A stretch of 64,000 bases of DNA from an uncultured Candidatus Saccharibacteria bacterium (GTDB taxonomy: Bacteria > Patescibacteriota > JABMPQ01 > JAQVVF01). The stretch covers positions 471,020-535,019 of the forward strand of contig CAZNOH010000001.1 in NCBI GenBank assembly GCA_964574655.1, given 5' to 3'. Positions within the stretch are counted from its first letter, which is position 1. Every line of letters begins with the position of its first letter. The notes beneath the pieces are model-generated. The model had not been told where the DNA came from. It ran no database searches and saw only the letters and a program-made list of their open reading frames with translations. This document shows, piece after piece, positions 31,451-41,876 of the stretch. A program made the translations under genes and the position numbers.

Positions 31451-32353
31451 TTATATTTTATCTTTCCATTCTTTATTAATGTATTCTTTTAAGCAGACCT
31501 TCCAATCTCTCATCTTGTTCAATCCTCTTATCGTTAGTTTTCGATCTATTAATCTTTCGGAATCTGGCCTAGGCGCAAAATATTCTTTATTCTTTTCATT
31601 GAATTCTTTTGTCGTGACTTTTTTAATTACAATTTTTTTCTCTAAACCAAGATCTTTTACTAATTCTTTAGCGACATCATATCTGCTAGCGTTGCCTCCG
31701 CAAACCATATTGTAAATACCATAAAAATTGGTTTTAATCATAACTAGAGCATTATTAGCAAAATCATAAGTGTATGTTGGCGTGCCGTAGAGATCATCAA
31801 TAACATGCAATGTTTTTTTGCCGTCAATAATTTGATTGATAATTTTAGCGATAAATTTCTTGTCTTTTTTTCCTCCCCCCATCATCCAGCCTGCTCGGAA
31901 AACGAAATATTTCGATAAGTTTTTTTCAACGAAGAGTTCACCCATATATTTTGATCTTCCATAATGGCTTAGTGGATTTGGGACATCATAATCATCATAA
32001 ATATCTTTTGCACCGTCAAATATTCCTGCTGTTGATATATATATAAGTGGGACATCCAATTCTTTAGCAAGAATAGCCATGTTCTCTGTTCCTAGCGTAT
32101 TTGTTATGTATGATTCATTAATTTTATTTTCGCAATATTCTAGATCAGTTAAAGCTGCTAAATGAAAAATATAATCTGGTTTAAACTGCTTTACAACTTT
32201 TTTTGCTTCTTTATAGTCTCTTGCGTCTAGATGTGATAACCATTTCTCATTTAAATCTATATCTGTCGCTTTGACCTTAAATTCTTTTTTAAAGACTTCA
32301 TAGAATGCTTTTCCCAACATCCCTCCACATCCCGTAATCAAAATTCGTTTCAT
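31451..32353 (-). CDS. RmlD-like NAD(P)-dependent sugar 4-reductase (dTDP-4-dehydrorhamnose reductase family)
   Basis: ILITGCGGMLG Rossmann motif, YGRSKYMGE catalytic YxxxK. About 300 aa, as for RmlD. Confidence 0.55.
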   Translation of the reverse strand: MKRILITGCGGMLGKAFYEVFKKEFKVKATDIDLNEKWLSHLDARDYKEAKKVVKQFKPDYIFHLAALTDLEYCENKINESYITNTLGTENMAILAKELDVPLIYISTAGIFDGAKDIYDDYDVPNPLSHYGRSKYMGELFVEKNLSKYFVFRAGWMMGGGKKDKKFIAKIINQIIDGKKTLHVIDDLYGTPTYTYDFANNALVMIKTNFYGIYNMVCGGNASRYDVAKELVKDLGLEKKIVIKKVTTKEFNEKNKEYFAPRPDSERLIDRKLTIRGLNKMRDWKVCLKEYINKEWKDKI

Positions 32354-32451
32354 AGATTTGTAGATATTAATTTATTATTTTTTTGTTGAAATATTAGTTT
32401 ATCAAAAATATGTTTTATATTCAATAGCATAATTGCAAGCATGAATTAATT

Positions 32452-33681
32452 TCATTCTTGAAATCTTTCTTCGACAGATTTGAATATTAGATCAGATCTT
32501 TTATTCCAAGACCATTCTTGTGCTAATTTAATTGCTTCTTGACTGAAGTGCGCGTACATTTTTTTGTTTTCTAGCAATTGGAGAATGTTTTTTGCAAATT
32601 CGAATTGATTATAACATTTGGTTTTTATAACACCCTTTGGGTAATAAGTTTTCAAAGCCAAAAGGTCAAAACTGATGCCTGGCAATCCCCATGCTAGTGC
32701 TTCGCACATAGCCATTCCTCCGCTATCATATACTGCGGGATGAACAACTATTTTGCTTTGCTGAAAAATTTCGTATTTTTCATTTCCGTCTTTGAATCCA
32801 TAAAATGTAATATTATTGAGAAGCTTAAGATTTTTTGCCTTAGCTTTTGCCGACTCTAGCAATGGTCCGTTTCCTATCATTGCCAGTTTTGCTGTTGGCA
32901 TTGTTTGACAAACTACTTGCCAGATATTAATTAATTCCAATACTCCTTTTTGTGGATGGAATCTTCCGATAAAACAAGCATCGTGTAATCTTTTTTCGAT
33001 TGGTATAATCATTTTTGAACGAAAGTGCTCGTTAGCTGTCTTGGTATCAACTCCTCCTTTTACTACCACAATGTCATTTTTTGTCCTTTTCTTGGTTATA
33101 AACTTGCTGACATCTGGCTCGCTTGTAACAAAAACAAAATCAGCATATTTTTTAATTAACCAATAAATAGGTGTCTGCGTTAAATAAAATAGAATTCCAA
33201 TAATTGAACTTAAGCCTTTATATGGAGAATCTTTCTGCCATGGTTTTGGAGCGGAAAGAAAAAAACCTGCAATCCATTTAGAATTTTTATTTTTGAGCTT
33301 CATTAAGAACGCAGGGACAGAATCCGGCCAATAATCGGATGACGAATAAAATATTTCGTTATCTTTGCCGTGATATTTTATTGCCGAAATTATGCCTTTA
33401 ATCAGACCCCACAAGTATAAGAAAAATATTGTAAAACTACTAAATTTTTCTTTCTTAGCAAATGGAATATCCCATGTAGAAAAGCTAGCGCCCACTAGGC
33501 CATTTTTTGTACATAAAATTTGCCCAACATCTGTGGTTTGAATTCTTATATCGGCCATATAGCAACTTAACCATTGCTTTGCAAGTTCTATAAAGATTCT
33601 ATTACCCCCACTCATGCCTGGTTCGACAATAGAATTCGCGATTATATTAAATTTCAGTTTAGACATAACATTGAACAGCAA
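32452..33681 (-). CDS. glycosyltransferase group 1 (GT-B)
   Basis: C-terminal GGMAMCEALAWGLPGISFD motif. Confidence 0.7.
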   Translation of the reverse strand: MLFNVMSKLKFNIIANSIVEPGMSGGNRIFIELAKQWLSCYMADIRIQTTDVGQILCTKNGLVGASFSTWDIPFAKKEKFSSFTIFFLYLWGLIKGIISAIKYHGKDNEIFYSSSDYWPDSVPAFLMKLKNKNSKWIAGFFLSAPKPWQKDSPYKGLSSIIGILFYLTQTPIYWLIKKYADFVFVTSEPDVSKFITKKRTKNDIVVVKGGVDTKTANEHFRSKMIIPIEKRLHDACFIGRFHPQKGVLELINIWQVVCQTMPTAKLAMIGNGPLLESAKAKAKNLKLLNNITFYGFKDGNEKYEIFQQSKIVVHPAVYDSGGMAMCEALAWGLPGISFDLLALKTYYPKGVIKTKCYNQFEFAKNILQLLENKKMYAHFSQEAIKLAQEWSWNKRSDLIFKSVEERFQE

Positions 33682-33696
33682 ATGGACTTAACAAAT

Positions 33697-34854
33697 TTAT
33701 TTTAGATAACTTTGTTTTATCACGTTAATATTATTTTCACTAAAACGATTAATTGAATATTTTTTACAATTATTTGATAGCTCTGCCAGCTTCGCTTGAT
33801 TTTTGTAATAATATTCAATTTTTTTGGCGAATTCTTCGGCTGATGGAGGAGAAATTAATTCTCCTACTGATGGGTTAATAATTTCTGGCAGGCATCCTAT
33901 CGAGCTCGCTAGAACTGGCGTACCGCAGAGCATTGCCTCTAAATTAACTCTGGCAAAACCTTCATTATATTGAGAAGGAACAGCAAGAATATCAGCTGCA
34001 TTGTAATATAAGTTCAACGTTAAATAATCAACTGGTCCAACATAAATAATATTATCATTTATGTTTTTAGAATTAATTGTTTCTAGAAAATCTGCACGCG
34101 TACCGGTTGTGATAAATGCAAAATATACGTTTTTGTTTATTTTCTTTGCAGCCTCTATTAATATGTGAGCTCCTTTTTTTTTTAGCAATCGTCCAACAAA
34201 TAATATAACAAATTTATTTTTCCAGCCGACTTTATTTTTACACATGTATTTGTCCATCGGTTTAAATTTGTTGCTATCAGCCCAATAAGTGAAAAGTTCT
34301 ATTTTTTTAGGATCTACCCCATATGGTTGCAATTCCTTACGAGCTCCTTCTGATACTACTAATATTTTGTCGTATGATTTTAAAATCCAACTGAATATTT
34401 TTCCAAGTAACGGTTTTTTATCTAAACTATATACTGTGTGCACACTCATTACATATCTTTTTTTAAAAAATAATTTTAAAACTTTTCCAATCAGTCCAGC
34501 AATATATCCTTGCGAATGTATAATATCAACTTGCTTATTGTTTTTTAATAAATAAAAAAAAGTGTAGAAGAAAAGTCCTGGAAAAAGATAAAGCCATTCT
34601 AAGATCGGATAACGTTCTAATTTTGGAAACCAATTATATCCAAACCAATCTAATCTACGAATTTCAAGGTTGTCTTTTTTCTCAAAACTTACCCCCCTTT
34701 TTTTTGTTGTTAATGGCTGATAAGTAATAACTTTTACGTTGTATCCATCATGACATAATTTATTACATAAATCGTCAAAATGTGTTTCTACTCCACCAAT
34801 ATTAGGCGAAAAAAATGGTGTTAGAATTAAAATATTTTGTTTTTTTATGCTCAT
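33697..34854 (-). CDS. glycosyltransferase family 4
   Basis: EGFARVNLEAMLCGTPVLASSIG motif. Confidence 0.8.
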   Translation of the reverse strand: MSIKKQNILILTPFFSPNIGGVETHFDDLCNKLCHDGYNVKVITYQPLTTKKRGVSFEKKDNLEIRRLDWFGYNWFPKLERYPILEWLYLFPGLFFYTFFYLLKNNKQVDIIHSQGYIAGLIGKVLKLFFKKRYVMSVHTVYSLDKKPLLGKIFSWILKSYDKILVVSEGARKELQPYGVDPKKIELFTYWADSNKFKPMDKYMCKNKVGWKNKFVILFVGRLLKKKGAHILIEAAKKINKNVYFAFITTGTRADFLETINSKNINDNIIYVGPVDYLTLNLYYNAADILAVPSQYNEGFARVNLEAMLCGTPVLASSIGCLPEIINPSVGELISPPSAEEFAKKIEYYYKNQAKLAELSNNCKKYSINRFSENNINVIKQSYLK

Positions 34855-35663
34855 TTGGTTATAAATTTAATACCGACAAGAAATCTTAATGAGTACATTC
34901 CAGCTGTTAGGATTGGAGATTTAGCTATTCTTTTCCATTTTCCTTTTTCAATGAATACTCCAAAAAAACGGTAATAAAATCCAAGCTGTTTTTTTATATC
35001 AGGATCTTGTTTTGGCCATTTGTTAACATATTTATCAAAACTAACAATGTAGTATCCTTTTTTTTGAATGTACTTTTTTAAATTAAAATTTATTTCATTG
35101 TGATATAGCGGATTTGTTGAAATATCTACGTTGCCTAAATTTCTAATTTTTTTATCAAAATCCCAGTCCTCGGGCCCAGATATTGATTCATCAAACCCTC
35201 CACTTTTTAAAAAGTATTTTTTATTAACAAACCTGACTGCATCAATTACTGTACCATCATAAAAACTTCTTTCAAAGCGCCGAACCTTATTCCAAAATTT
35301 ATCGCCCATAATTACTTCTGGAATATACAATGCAATAACATTTGAATATTTTACTTTTTGAACACAATCTTCCAATAGTCCTGGCGATAAAATCATATCC
35401 GCATCTAGATATAGAATCCACTCACCTCTTGAATTTAAAACACCAAAATTTCTTTGTGCTGATCTTTCTGAACCTTTTATAAAAATCAGCTTAGTATATC
35501 TATGTGCTATCTTTGTTGTTCGGTCGCTCGAATTATTATCAACAACAATAATTTCTATTTTGTCTTTTGGATAGGTTTGTTTTCTAATTGATTCGAGACA
35601 ATTTTTAATGTTGCTTTCTTCGTTTTTAGTTGTAATAATAATTGAAACTAGTTTTTGATTCAT
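34851..35663 (-). CDS. glycosyltransferase family 2
   Basis: VSIIITTKNEESNIKNCLESIRKQTYPKDKIEIIVVDNNSSD motif. Confidence 0.8.
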   Translation of the reverse strand: MNQKLVSIIITTKNEESNIKNCLESIRKQTYPKDKIEIIVVDNNSSDRTTKIAHRYTKLIFIKGSERSAQRNFGVLNSRGEWILYLDADMILSPGLLEDCVQKVKYSNVIALYIPEVIMGDKFWNKVRRFERSFYDGTVIDAVRFVNKKYFLKSGGFDESISGPEDWDFDKKIRNLGNVDISTNPLYHNEINFNLKKYIQKKGYYIVSFDKYVNKWPKQDPDIKKQLGFYYRFFGVFIEKGKWKRIAKSPILTAGMYSLRFLVGIKFITK

Positions 35664-37870
35664 AAATTATTGCCAAATAAAATTTTTCTGAATGATATTT
35701 TTTCAATATTAATATTTTCCGGATAAAGCCACCATGCAAATCCCATATTTTTTTCTAATTCCACTGTTACTTTCTTTATTTTTCTGGGTTCTGGAAACAA
35801 AGCCTTTATTTCTTGAGTTTTGTTGATATTCACTAAATCGTATTTTAAATAAATTGGATTTTTTTTGTTATCGGTTTCAATATGAATGTTCCAACGATAT
35901 TTTACGAAATATTTCTTAAAGATGCTATCATCTAATTTTAGCTTCAAAATAACATCAGAAACATTTGAGATTGGTTTTTCGAGAGTCATGGTCCAACTCG
36001 CACGCGAACCTTTTATAGAGTAGCTATTCCCATCATTTTTTTCTAATAACTTTAGGGCAATATTATTTTGATTAAAATCAGTTATCTCGGAAATTATTTC
36101 TCTATTCTGGATATTTGCTGGTTGAGCTTTAGGCGCCATAATGATCGCCCTATCGTTGTAATAAACGGGTGTATAATTCTCTAAAATAAATTTTTCTATT
36201 TTATTTCCGTCGCCGGTAAAAATAGGACTATTCTTCTCATTACTGGAAAAATAACCAGCATCAAGTTTGTCCGTCGTAGTGGATGCAATGCAACAAAACA
36301 TTTTATCTTTTATGCTAATGTTGATAACGATAAATTTAGGTGGATTATTCTTAATCTGAACAAGCGCTTGATTGATAAATTTTTCACCGTAATTATCTAT
36401 ATAAAAGTAGATTGGATTATCAAAAATAATTGGTGATTTTCGGCGTGCTACTTGATTAATTATTCCCCATGGATATTCGTATACAAAATCTTTAGCATCT
36501 GAGTTTTTAATAATATAATCAATAGTTTCTTCGAACTTATCTTTGACATTTTTATCAAGATAATACGCGAGTGATGGAGAATATGATTTGGTTGTTTTTG
36601 AGAACTGCGGTAAAATTCTGTAGGGATTATAATCAAAAATTTTGGCAATATATCCTGTATTTTCAGAAATGATAAACCACAAAACAATTATAAAAATACC
36701 GAGATAGCCAAAAAACTTAAACGATTTATTTTTGCTTCTTTGCAATAAGAAATAGAAGTCATATATTGTAATTGTCAGCAATAAAAAGAATGGCACTAAA
36801 CCGTACGTAAATATTGATATTTCTGGATTTTGAAGAGTGCGAAAATAGACTAAAAGGCCAAAGATTATTAAAAATATTTTTATTAAGTTTTTTTGGCTAA
36901 TTTTTCGGGATTTAATTGAAATAGTAATTGATGTAGCAAAATAAATAATAAAAAATATAAATATAATATATAAATTCAATCTGGAAATAAATTCTAATGG
37001 AATATTGAATATCTCTAAGTTGTAATTATCATGAAAACGTAATTCCGAGAAACGAGCGAAGCTTGCGCCAGATCCTGGCCCAGCATAATAAAAGAGACTG
37101 GCTGTATTCAAAAAGTATTTCCAAAATTCCATGAAGGTGCCTTGCAAAAAAAGAAGCAATGAATATGGGATAAAGATAACCATTTCACCTAATAAAAACT
37201 TGGTAACATAAATGGTGCCTAGTTTTTTATTATCCGACCAGATATTAAAAAACAAAATTATTAATATGGCGGCATTTAAGGCAATTGCGTATTCCATTGA
37301 AGTCAGCATGGCAATTCCGCCTATTATTCCGCTGACAAAAAGCCAAAGCGATTTTTTCTGATAAAAATAAAATATGAAAAAAGCGAGACTTAATTCTGCA
37401 GAAAGGTGCCTTATCGATGTCAGCTGATCGTTAACTCCGAATAAAAGCAAGAAAAATAAAAATAGCAGAACTAGGCTATCTTTTCTTAATATTAATTTTC
37501 CAATAAAATAGCTGACTATTATGCCAATTACTGGAAGAAAAATGTAGTTACTTATTATGATGGCTAGAAAATTATGTCCAAAGATCAAATAACCGATTGA
37601 CTGCAAAAAAAGAAAAAATATTCCATAGTTAAAAAAATAGTCTTTATACATTACATCAAAAGAAAGAAAATGTTCGACTGAATTCCAAAATTGGTTAAGG
37701 TCAACAGAGTTTATGACAGTAGATGCATTATTCAGAATTCTAAAAAAATCTGTGAGTATGATAAACGCATAAGCAATAAAAATTAATGCATATAAAAATA
37801 TATAAATTGTTTTTTTATATTTATTGAAAAAAATGTGATGCGGTGTTTTTAATGTCTCTTTAATATCCAT
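35660..37870 (-). CDS. large polytopic membrane protein with about 330-aa C-terminal soluble domain, putative GT-C-type glycosyltransferase
   Basis: 736 aa. N-terminal about 400 aa multi-TM, and a C-terminal hydrophilic domain. Confidence 0.55.
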   Translation of the reverse strand: MDIKETLKTPHHIFFNKYKKTIYIFLYALIFIAYAFIILTDFFRILNNASTVINSVDLNQFWNSVEHFLSFDVMYKDYFFNYGIFFLFLQSIGYLIFGHNFLAIIISNYIFLPVIGIIVSYFIGKLILRKDSLVLLFLFFLLLFGVNDQLTSIRHLSAELSLAFFIFYFYQKKSLWLFVSGIIGGIAMLTSMEYAIALNAAILIILFFNIWSDNKKLGTIYVTKFLLGEMVIFIPYSLLLFLQGTFMEFWKYFLNTASLFYYAGPGSGASFARFSELRFHDNYNLEIFNIPLEFISRLNLYIIFIFFIIYFATSITISIKSRKISQKNLIKIFLIIFGLLVYFRTLQNPEISIFTYGLVPFFLLLTITIYDFYFLLQRSKNKSFKFFGYLGIFIIVLWFIISENTGYIAKIFDYNPYRILPQFSKTTKSYSPSLAYYLDKNVKDKFEETIDYIIKNSDAKDFVYEYPWGIINQVARRKSPIIFDNPIYFYIDNYGEKFINQALVQIKNNPPKFIVINISIKDKMFCCIASTTTDKLDAGYFSSNEKNSPIFTGDGNKIEKFILENYTPVYYNDRAIIMAPKAQPANIQNREIISEITDFNQNNIALKLLEKNDGNSYSIKGSRASWTMTLEKPISNVSDVILKLKLDDSIFKKYFVKYRWNIHIETDNKKNPIYLKYDLVNINKTQEIKALFPEPRKIKKVTVELEKNMGFAWWLYPENINIEKISFRKILFGNNL

Positions 37871-37897
37871 ATTTTTAATGTGACTAATTCTACTTAA

Positions 37898-39070
37898 CTA
37901 TTCCAGCATGCTTTCATTCAAATATTGTGGCCATAGGAAATTATTTTTTAAATATTTTCCTATTTGCATGTCATAATTATTAAAAGGAAAGCCTTGAATT
38001 TTTTTTACTAAATCATTAATGTTTTCTTCTTCAAAAAAAGTGGCATATTCTTTCAGAACCTCCCTATTTACTAGCGTATTTGCTGCCAATATTCTTTTGC
38101 CAGCGAGTAAATAATCAATAAATTTATACCTATCAAAATATGTGTAAGTCATACAGCGAACTGATGGCACTACAAAAATATCGCATCCACCCAGCATTAG
38201 TTTATGAAGATCATCAAAGTATTTAAAATTACCGTAACTCTTGCAATGCTGTTCCAAATTATATTTTTCGATAATTATTTTTTCTTCTTTGGTTAAAGGA
38301 GAGCCAATAATTATAAAGAAATATTTTTTGCCCATGGCAATTAATTTTGCCAGTGCCAGAAAAATTTGGTAGCGTCCTTGAATATCAACCTTTTTATTAT
38401 GTATTTTTCTAATCCATGTCCCGCCTGTTGCGCAAATTATTTTAGTATCTCCGTTGATGTTTAGTTTTTTTCTTAATACAGATTTAGAAAATAAATTTTT
38501 ATCTTTAGAAAAAATTTCTATTTCTTTTTCTTCAACGCAATTTTTAATTACAATAGCGTCTTCTCTAATATTTTTTTTGATATATTCACACCAGGTTTTG
38601 TTGATAACAATTATTTTCGTTGCTGATTTAAGCACAAACTTTTCCCAATAATACCCTAAAGAAGGCTGGTCATCAAAATATAATAAATCAGCATGGTCAA
38701 TTATTATTTTTTTTCTAAAAAATAATAAAGCTGCAGTAATGGGAAGCAACAATAAATGCGCATTTGTGATTACTATATACTTTGGTTTTTTTTGTAGAAT
38801 AAGAATAAATATCCGAAGAAAATAGAGTTGCAGCAAAAGGACACTTACTAGCAAATTCAGAAATCTATTTCTAAAAAAGTTAAAAGCTTTAAATTCGCAA
38901 TCATATGCGGTTTTTTTAAAATTATCATTTTTATTATCGGAACGAAAAAGCGTACGCATATTAGAGCAGTCACAATAATGCAGATTAGAATTTTTATTAA
39001 GGAAATTAATAAACGCTTTTGTTCGACGATTATTAAAATAGGATATATAGAAGATACTGCTTTTTATCAT
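37898..39070 (-). CDS. membrane-associated GT-B-like glycosyltransferase (hypothetical)
   Basis: N-terminal TM segments followed by a Rossmann-like IICATGGTW...IIIGSPLT...FVVPSVR pattern resembling GT1/GT4 folds. Confidence 0.45.
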   Translation of the reverse strand: MIKSSIFYISYFNNRRTKAFINFLNKNSNLHYCDCSNMRTLFRSDNKNDNFKKTAYDCEFKAFNFFRNRFLNLLVSVLLLQLYFLRIFILILQKKPKYIVITNAHLLLLPITAALLFFRKKIIIDHADLLYFDDQPSLGYYWEKFVLKSATKIIVINKTWCEYIKKNIREDAIVIKNCVEEKEIEIFSKDKNLFSKSVLRKKLNINGDTKIICATGGTWIRKIHNKKVDIQGRYQIFLALAKLIAMGKKYFFIIIGSPLTKEEKIIIEKYNLEQHCKSYGNFKYFDDLHKLMLGGCDIFVVPSVRCMTYTYFDRYKFIDYLLAGKRILAANTLVNREVLKEYATFFEEENINDLVKKIQGFPFNNYDMQIGKYLKNNFLWPQYLNESMLE

Positions 39071-39072
39071 TA

Positions 39073-40005
39073 TTAAAAATTAATTTTCTGCTTAACGATA
39101 TAAAGTGGCCTACCGTTAATTTCACTAATGAGCTTTGAAAAATAAAGTGAAAAGATTCCCCAGATAATAAAATTGATGTTGATCATTATAAAGATTGCAG
39201 CAATTACATAAACCCATTTATTGACAAATATTCCTTCTAAAATAAATTTGTAGATTAAGTAGACTATTATAACAATTGATGATGCTAATCCTAGAATACC
39301 GATATAAAACGGAAGTTTTAATGGCAAATCAGAGAAAGATATAATTGCATCTTCTGCTAGTTTTAATGATGATCGGAATGAATATGTTGGTTTGCCCGCA
39401 AAACGATTATCTCTGTCATATTCCAAACCAATTTGCTTGAAACCGACCCAAGCGCGAATACCGCGAATGTATTTGCTTCTTTCTTTAAATGAGATAATTT
39501 CTTTCTTAATCTTCTTGTCAATTAGAGAAAAATCACCTGAATCTTTTGGAATTGGAACCTGTGAAATCTTGTTTAAAATTCGGTAGAATATTTTTGCTAA
39601 AATTTTTTTTAGCATTTTATCTTTTCTGGTTCTTCTGATCGCGTAGACGACATCATAACCCTGTTCCCATTTTTTTATCATTTCTGGAATGAATTCAGGA
39701 GGATCTTGAAGATCGCTATCCATAACAATAATCGCATCGCCATTAGCATGCTCTATTCCGGCGCTAATAGCTATTTGCTGTCCAAAATTTCTTGAAAAAT
39801 CAATCAGCTTGAATCTGCTGTCAGCTCTCGCTTTTCTAACTAAGATTTCATAAGAATTATCGATACTGCCATCATTGACAAAGATAAATTCAATTTTGTA
39901 CGCCAAAAGATTATTGGCTAATTTATCGAGCCTGTTTAAGAGCTCCTCTAGAATGCTGGCTTCATTAAATACTGGCAACACAATTGAGATATTTTTGTCT
40001 GACAT
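39073..40005 (-). CDS. GT2 polyprenol-phosphate glycosyltransferase (GtrB/ArnC-like)
   Basis: ISIVLPVFNEASILEEL ... VNDGSIDNS ... IIVMDSDLQDPPEFIPEMIKKWEQGYDVVYAIR plus two C-terminal TM helices. The classic GtrB/ArnC architecture. Confidence 0.8.
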   Translation of the reverse strand: MSDKNISIVLPVFNEASILEELLNRLDKLANNLLAYKIEFIFVNDGSIDNSYEILVRKARADSRFKLIDFSRNFGQQIAISAGIEHANGDAIIVMDSDLQDPPEFIPEMIKKWEQGYDVVYAIRRTRKDKMLKKILAKIFYRILNKISQVPIPKDSGDFSLIDKKIKKEIISFKERSKYIRGIRAWVGFKQIGLEYDRDNRFAGKPTYSFRSSLKLAEDAIISFSDLPLKLPFYIGILGLASSIVIIVYLIYKFILEGIFVNKWVYVIAAIFIMININFIIWGIFSLYFSKLISEINGRPLYIVKQKINF

Positions 40006-40017
40006 TATATAAAAATA

Positions 40018-40926
40018 TTATTTTTTTTGAGCTGCAATTATGAGCTCGTCTTTTTCTTTAACAAAATATTGGGCTAGATAGTAGAAAGGAGATAGCAACA
40101 GTTGTTCCATAAAAATCCCTGACCTGAAGAACTGTCTAATAATCTTGATCTTTTTTGATTCTTGATTGTTCCTATAGAAAATCTTTATTTTTTCTTGTTG
40201 ATTTTTTCCTAATTTTGAATACAAGAAATAGCCTAGCGAAAAGATTGGGTAATGAATCGAACTCAATGCTTTTGTTGAAGATTTCATTATCGTAAAATTA
40301 TTTTGTTCCAACCAAATTTTTGCAGACTGACTTGTAAAAAAACTGATATGCTGTGGAAAACAGATTACTGGACTATTTTTCTTTAGCTGTTTAATAAAAA
40401 AAGCGTTCCCATTAGGCGTGAACAGAATTAGAGCACCGTTTTTTTTAAGCTTTTGCTTGATATTCGAAATAAAAGTGCTAAATTCTTTTGGTTCGATATG
40501 CTCTAGAACGTGAAAAGAACAAATCACATCAAACTGCTCGTTCGCTAGACTACTAAGATCGTTAACTGGAATAACATTATTTACTCTTTTTGAAAAATCT
40601 AAAGCAAACTTCGATTTTTCATAACTATAGACAGTGCATTCTTTTTTTTCTTGCAGGAGATTGCCAAAAAAACTTAAACCGCCACCAATTTCGAGAATTT
40701 TAGATCTTGCCTTAATAAATTTTTCTGATTTGCGGTAATAATCTCTGGCTGCTATTCTGCTTTTTAGAATTAGATTCTGATCTGTATAACCATCAACGTA
40801 GTCTATTTTTTGGTCTTCTGGAATTCTTTTCAGAAAAAAACATTTAGGACATTGGTAATACTCATATGCTTCGTCATACTTAAAAAATGGGCTCAACTCA
40901 TTTCTACAAATATCACAATTTGGCAT
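40018..40926 (-). CDS. class I SAM-dependent methyltransferase with N-terminal CxxC...CxxC zinc ribbon (tandem paralog A)
   Basis: CDICRNEL...CPKCFF zinc ribbon. ILEIGGGLSFFG motif I and DVICSFHVLEHI motif. Confidence 0.75.
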   Translation of the reverse strand: MPNCDICRNELSPFFKYDEAYEYYQCPKCFFLKRIPEDQKIDYVDGYTDQNLILKSRIAARDYYRKSEKFIKARSKILEIGGGLSFFGNLLQEKKECTVYSYEKSKFALDFSKRVNNVIPVNDLSSLANEQFDVICSFHVLEHIEPKEFSTFISNIKQKLKKNGALILFTPNGNAFFIKQLKKNSPVICFPQHISFFTSQSAKIWLEQNNFTIMKSSTKALSSIHYPIFSLGYFLYSKLGKNQQEKIKIFYRNNQESKKIKIIRQFFRSGIFMEQLLLSPFYYLAQYFVKEKDELIIAAQKK

Positions 40927-40929
40927 ATC

Positions 40930-41871
40930 TTATATTATCCCTTTGATATTATTTTTTGCAACAACTAGCAATTCATCTTTTTGGCTAGTAAATAGATCAA
41001 CCAAGTAATGTAGCGGAAGCAAGCATATTCTTTCTGCAAACGTAATTTTTTTAATTATATTTATACAAGTGTTTTCTTTTTTGCTGATTGGTTTTTTTCT
41101 TGCCATTTCAATTAAATTATTTTTTTTACTCCTTAATAGATAAGTCGCTAAAAAACTTGGAGAGATCAAAGGATAATGTATATAAGACAATATTCTTGTT
41201 TCCGAATCAATTATTTCAAAAGTATGGTTTTCTAGCAAGATTTTTGCTGATCTCTGCGAAAAAAATGATATATGATCAGGAAAACAAATGCATGGATATA
41301 ATTTTTTAAACAGGTTCATCTTCGATGAATGGCCATTAGGAGTTAATATGATTATCAAGCCATCTTTTTTTAACTTTTGTTTTATAGTTGCAATGAATTT
41401 ATTAAATTCATTTGGTTCGATATGTTCTATGACATGGAATGCACAGATGACGTCAAACATTCCATTATATTTTTTCTGATCAATATCAGTTATTGGAACG
41501 ACATTGTTTATTTTTTTTGAATAATCTAAAGCATACTTTGATAATTCGTAATTATAAACATCACATTTTTTTTCGTCGCTTAAGATCTTTCCAAAAAAAC
41601 CTAAACTTCCGCCTATTTCAAGCACTTTTTGTTCAGACGAGAAATAATTTTTGAGCTTACGATAATAATTTTTTGCTAATATTTTGCTTCTATTAATCGC
41701 ATTGCTATTCATATATTCATTTACATAATCTATTTTAGCGTCCTCTGGACTTCTTTTTACGAAGTTGCAATTTGGGCATTTGTGATATGAATAGTCCTTA
41801 TCGTAAATAAAAAAAAGCTTCATGTTTCCATTGCAGATATTACATTTGTGGATAGTTTGGAACATAAACAA
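40930..41871 (-). CDS. class I SAM-dependent methyltransferase with N-terminal zinc ribbon (tandem paralog B)
   Basis: CNICNGNM...CPNCNF, VLEIGGSLGFFG, DVICAFHVIEHI. About 45% identical to the adjacent gene by eye. Confidence 0.75.
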   Translation of the reverse strand: MFMFQTIHKCNICNGNMKLFFIYDKDYSYHKCPNCNFVKRSPEDAKIDYVNEYMNSNAINRSKILAKNYYRKLKNYFSSEQKVLEIGGSLGFFGKILSDEKKCDVYNYELSKYALDYSKKINNVVPITDIDQKKYNGMFDVICAFHVIEHIEPNEFNKFIATIKQKLKKDGLIIILTPNGHSSKMNLFKKLYPCICFPDHISFFSQRSAKILLENHTFEIIDSETRILSYIHYPLISPSFLATYLLRSKKNNLIEMARKKPISKKENTCINIIKKITFAERICLLPLHYLVDLFTSQKDELLVVAKNNIKGII

Positions 41872-41876
41872 TATTT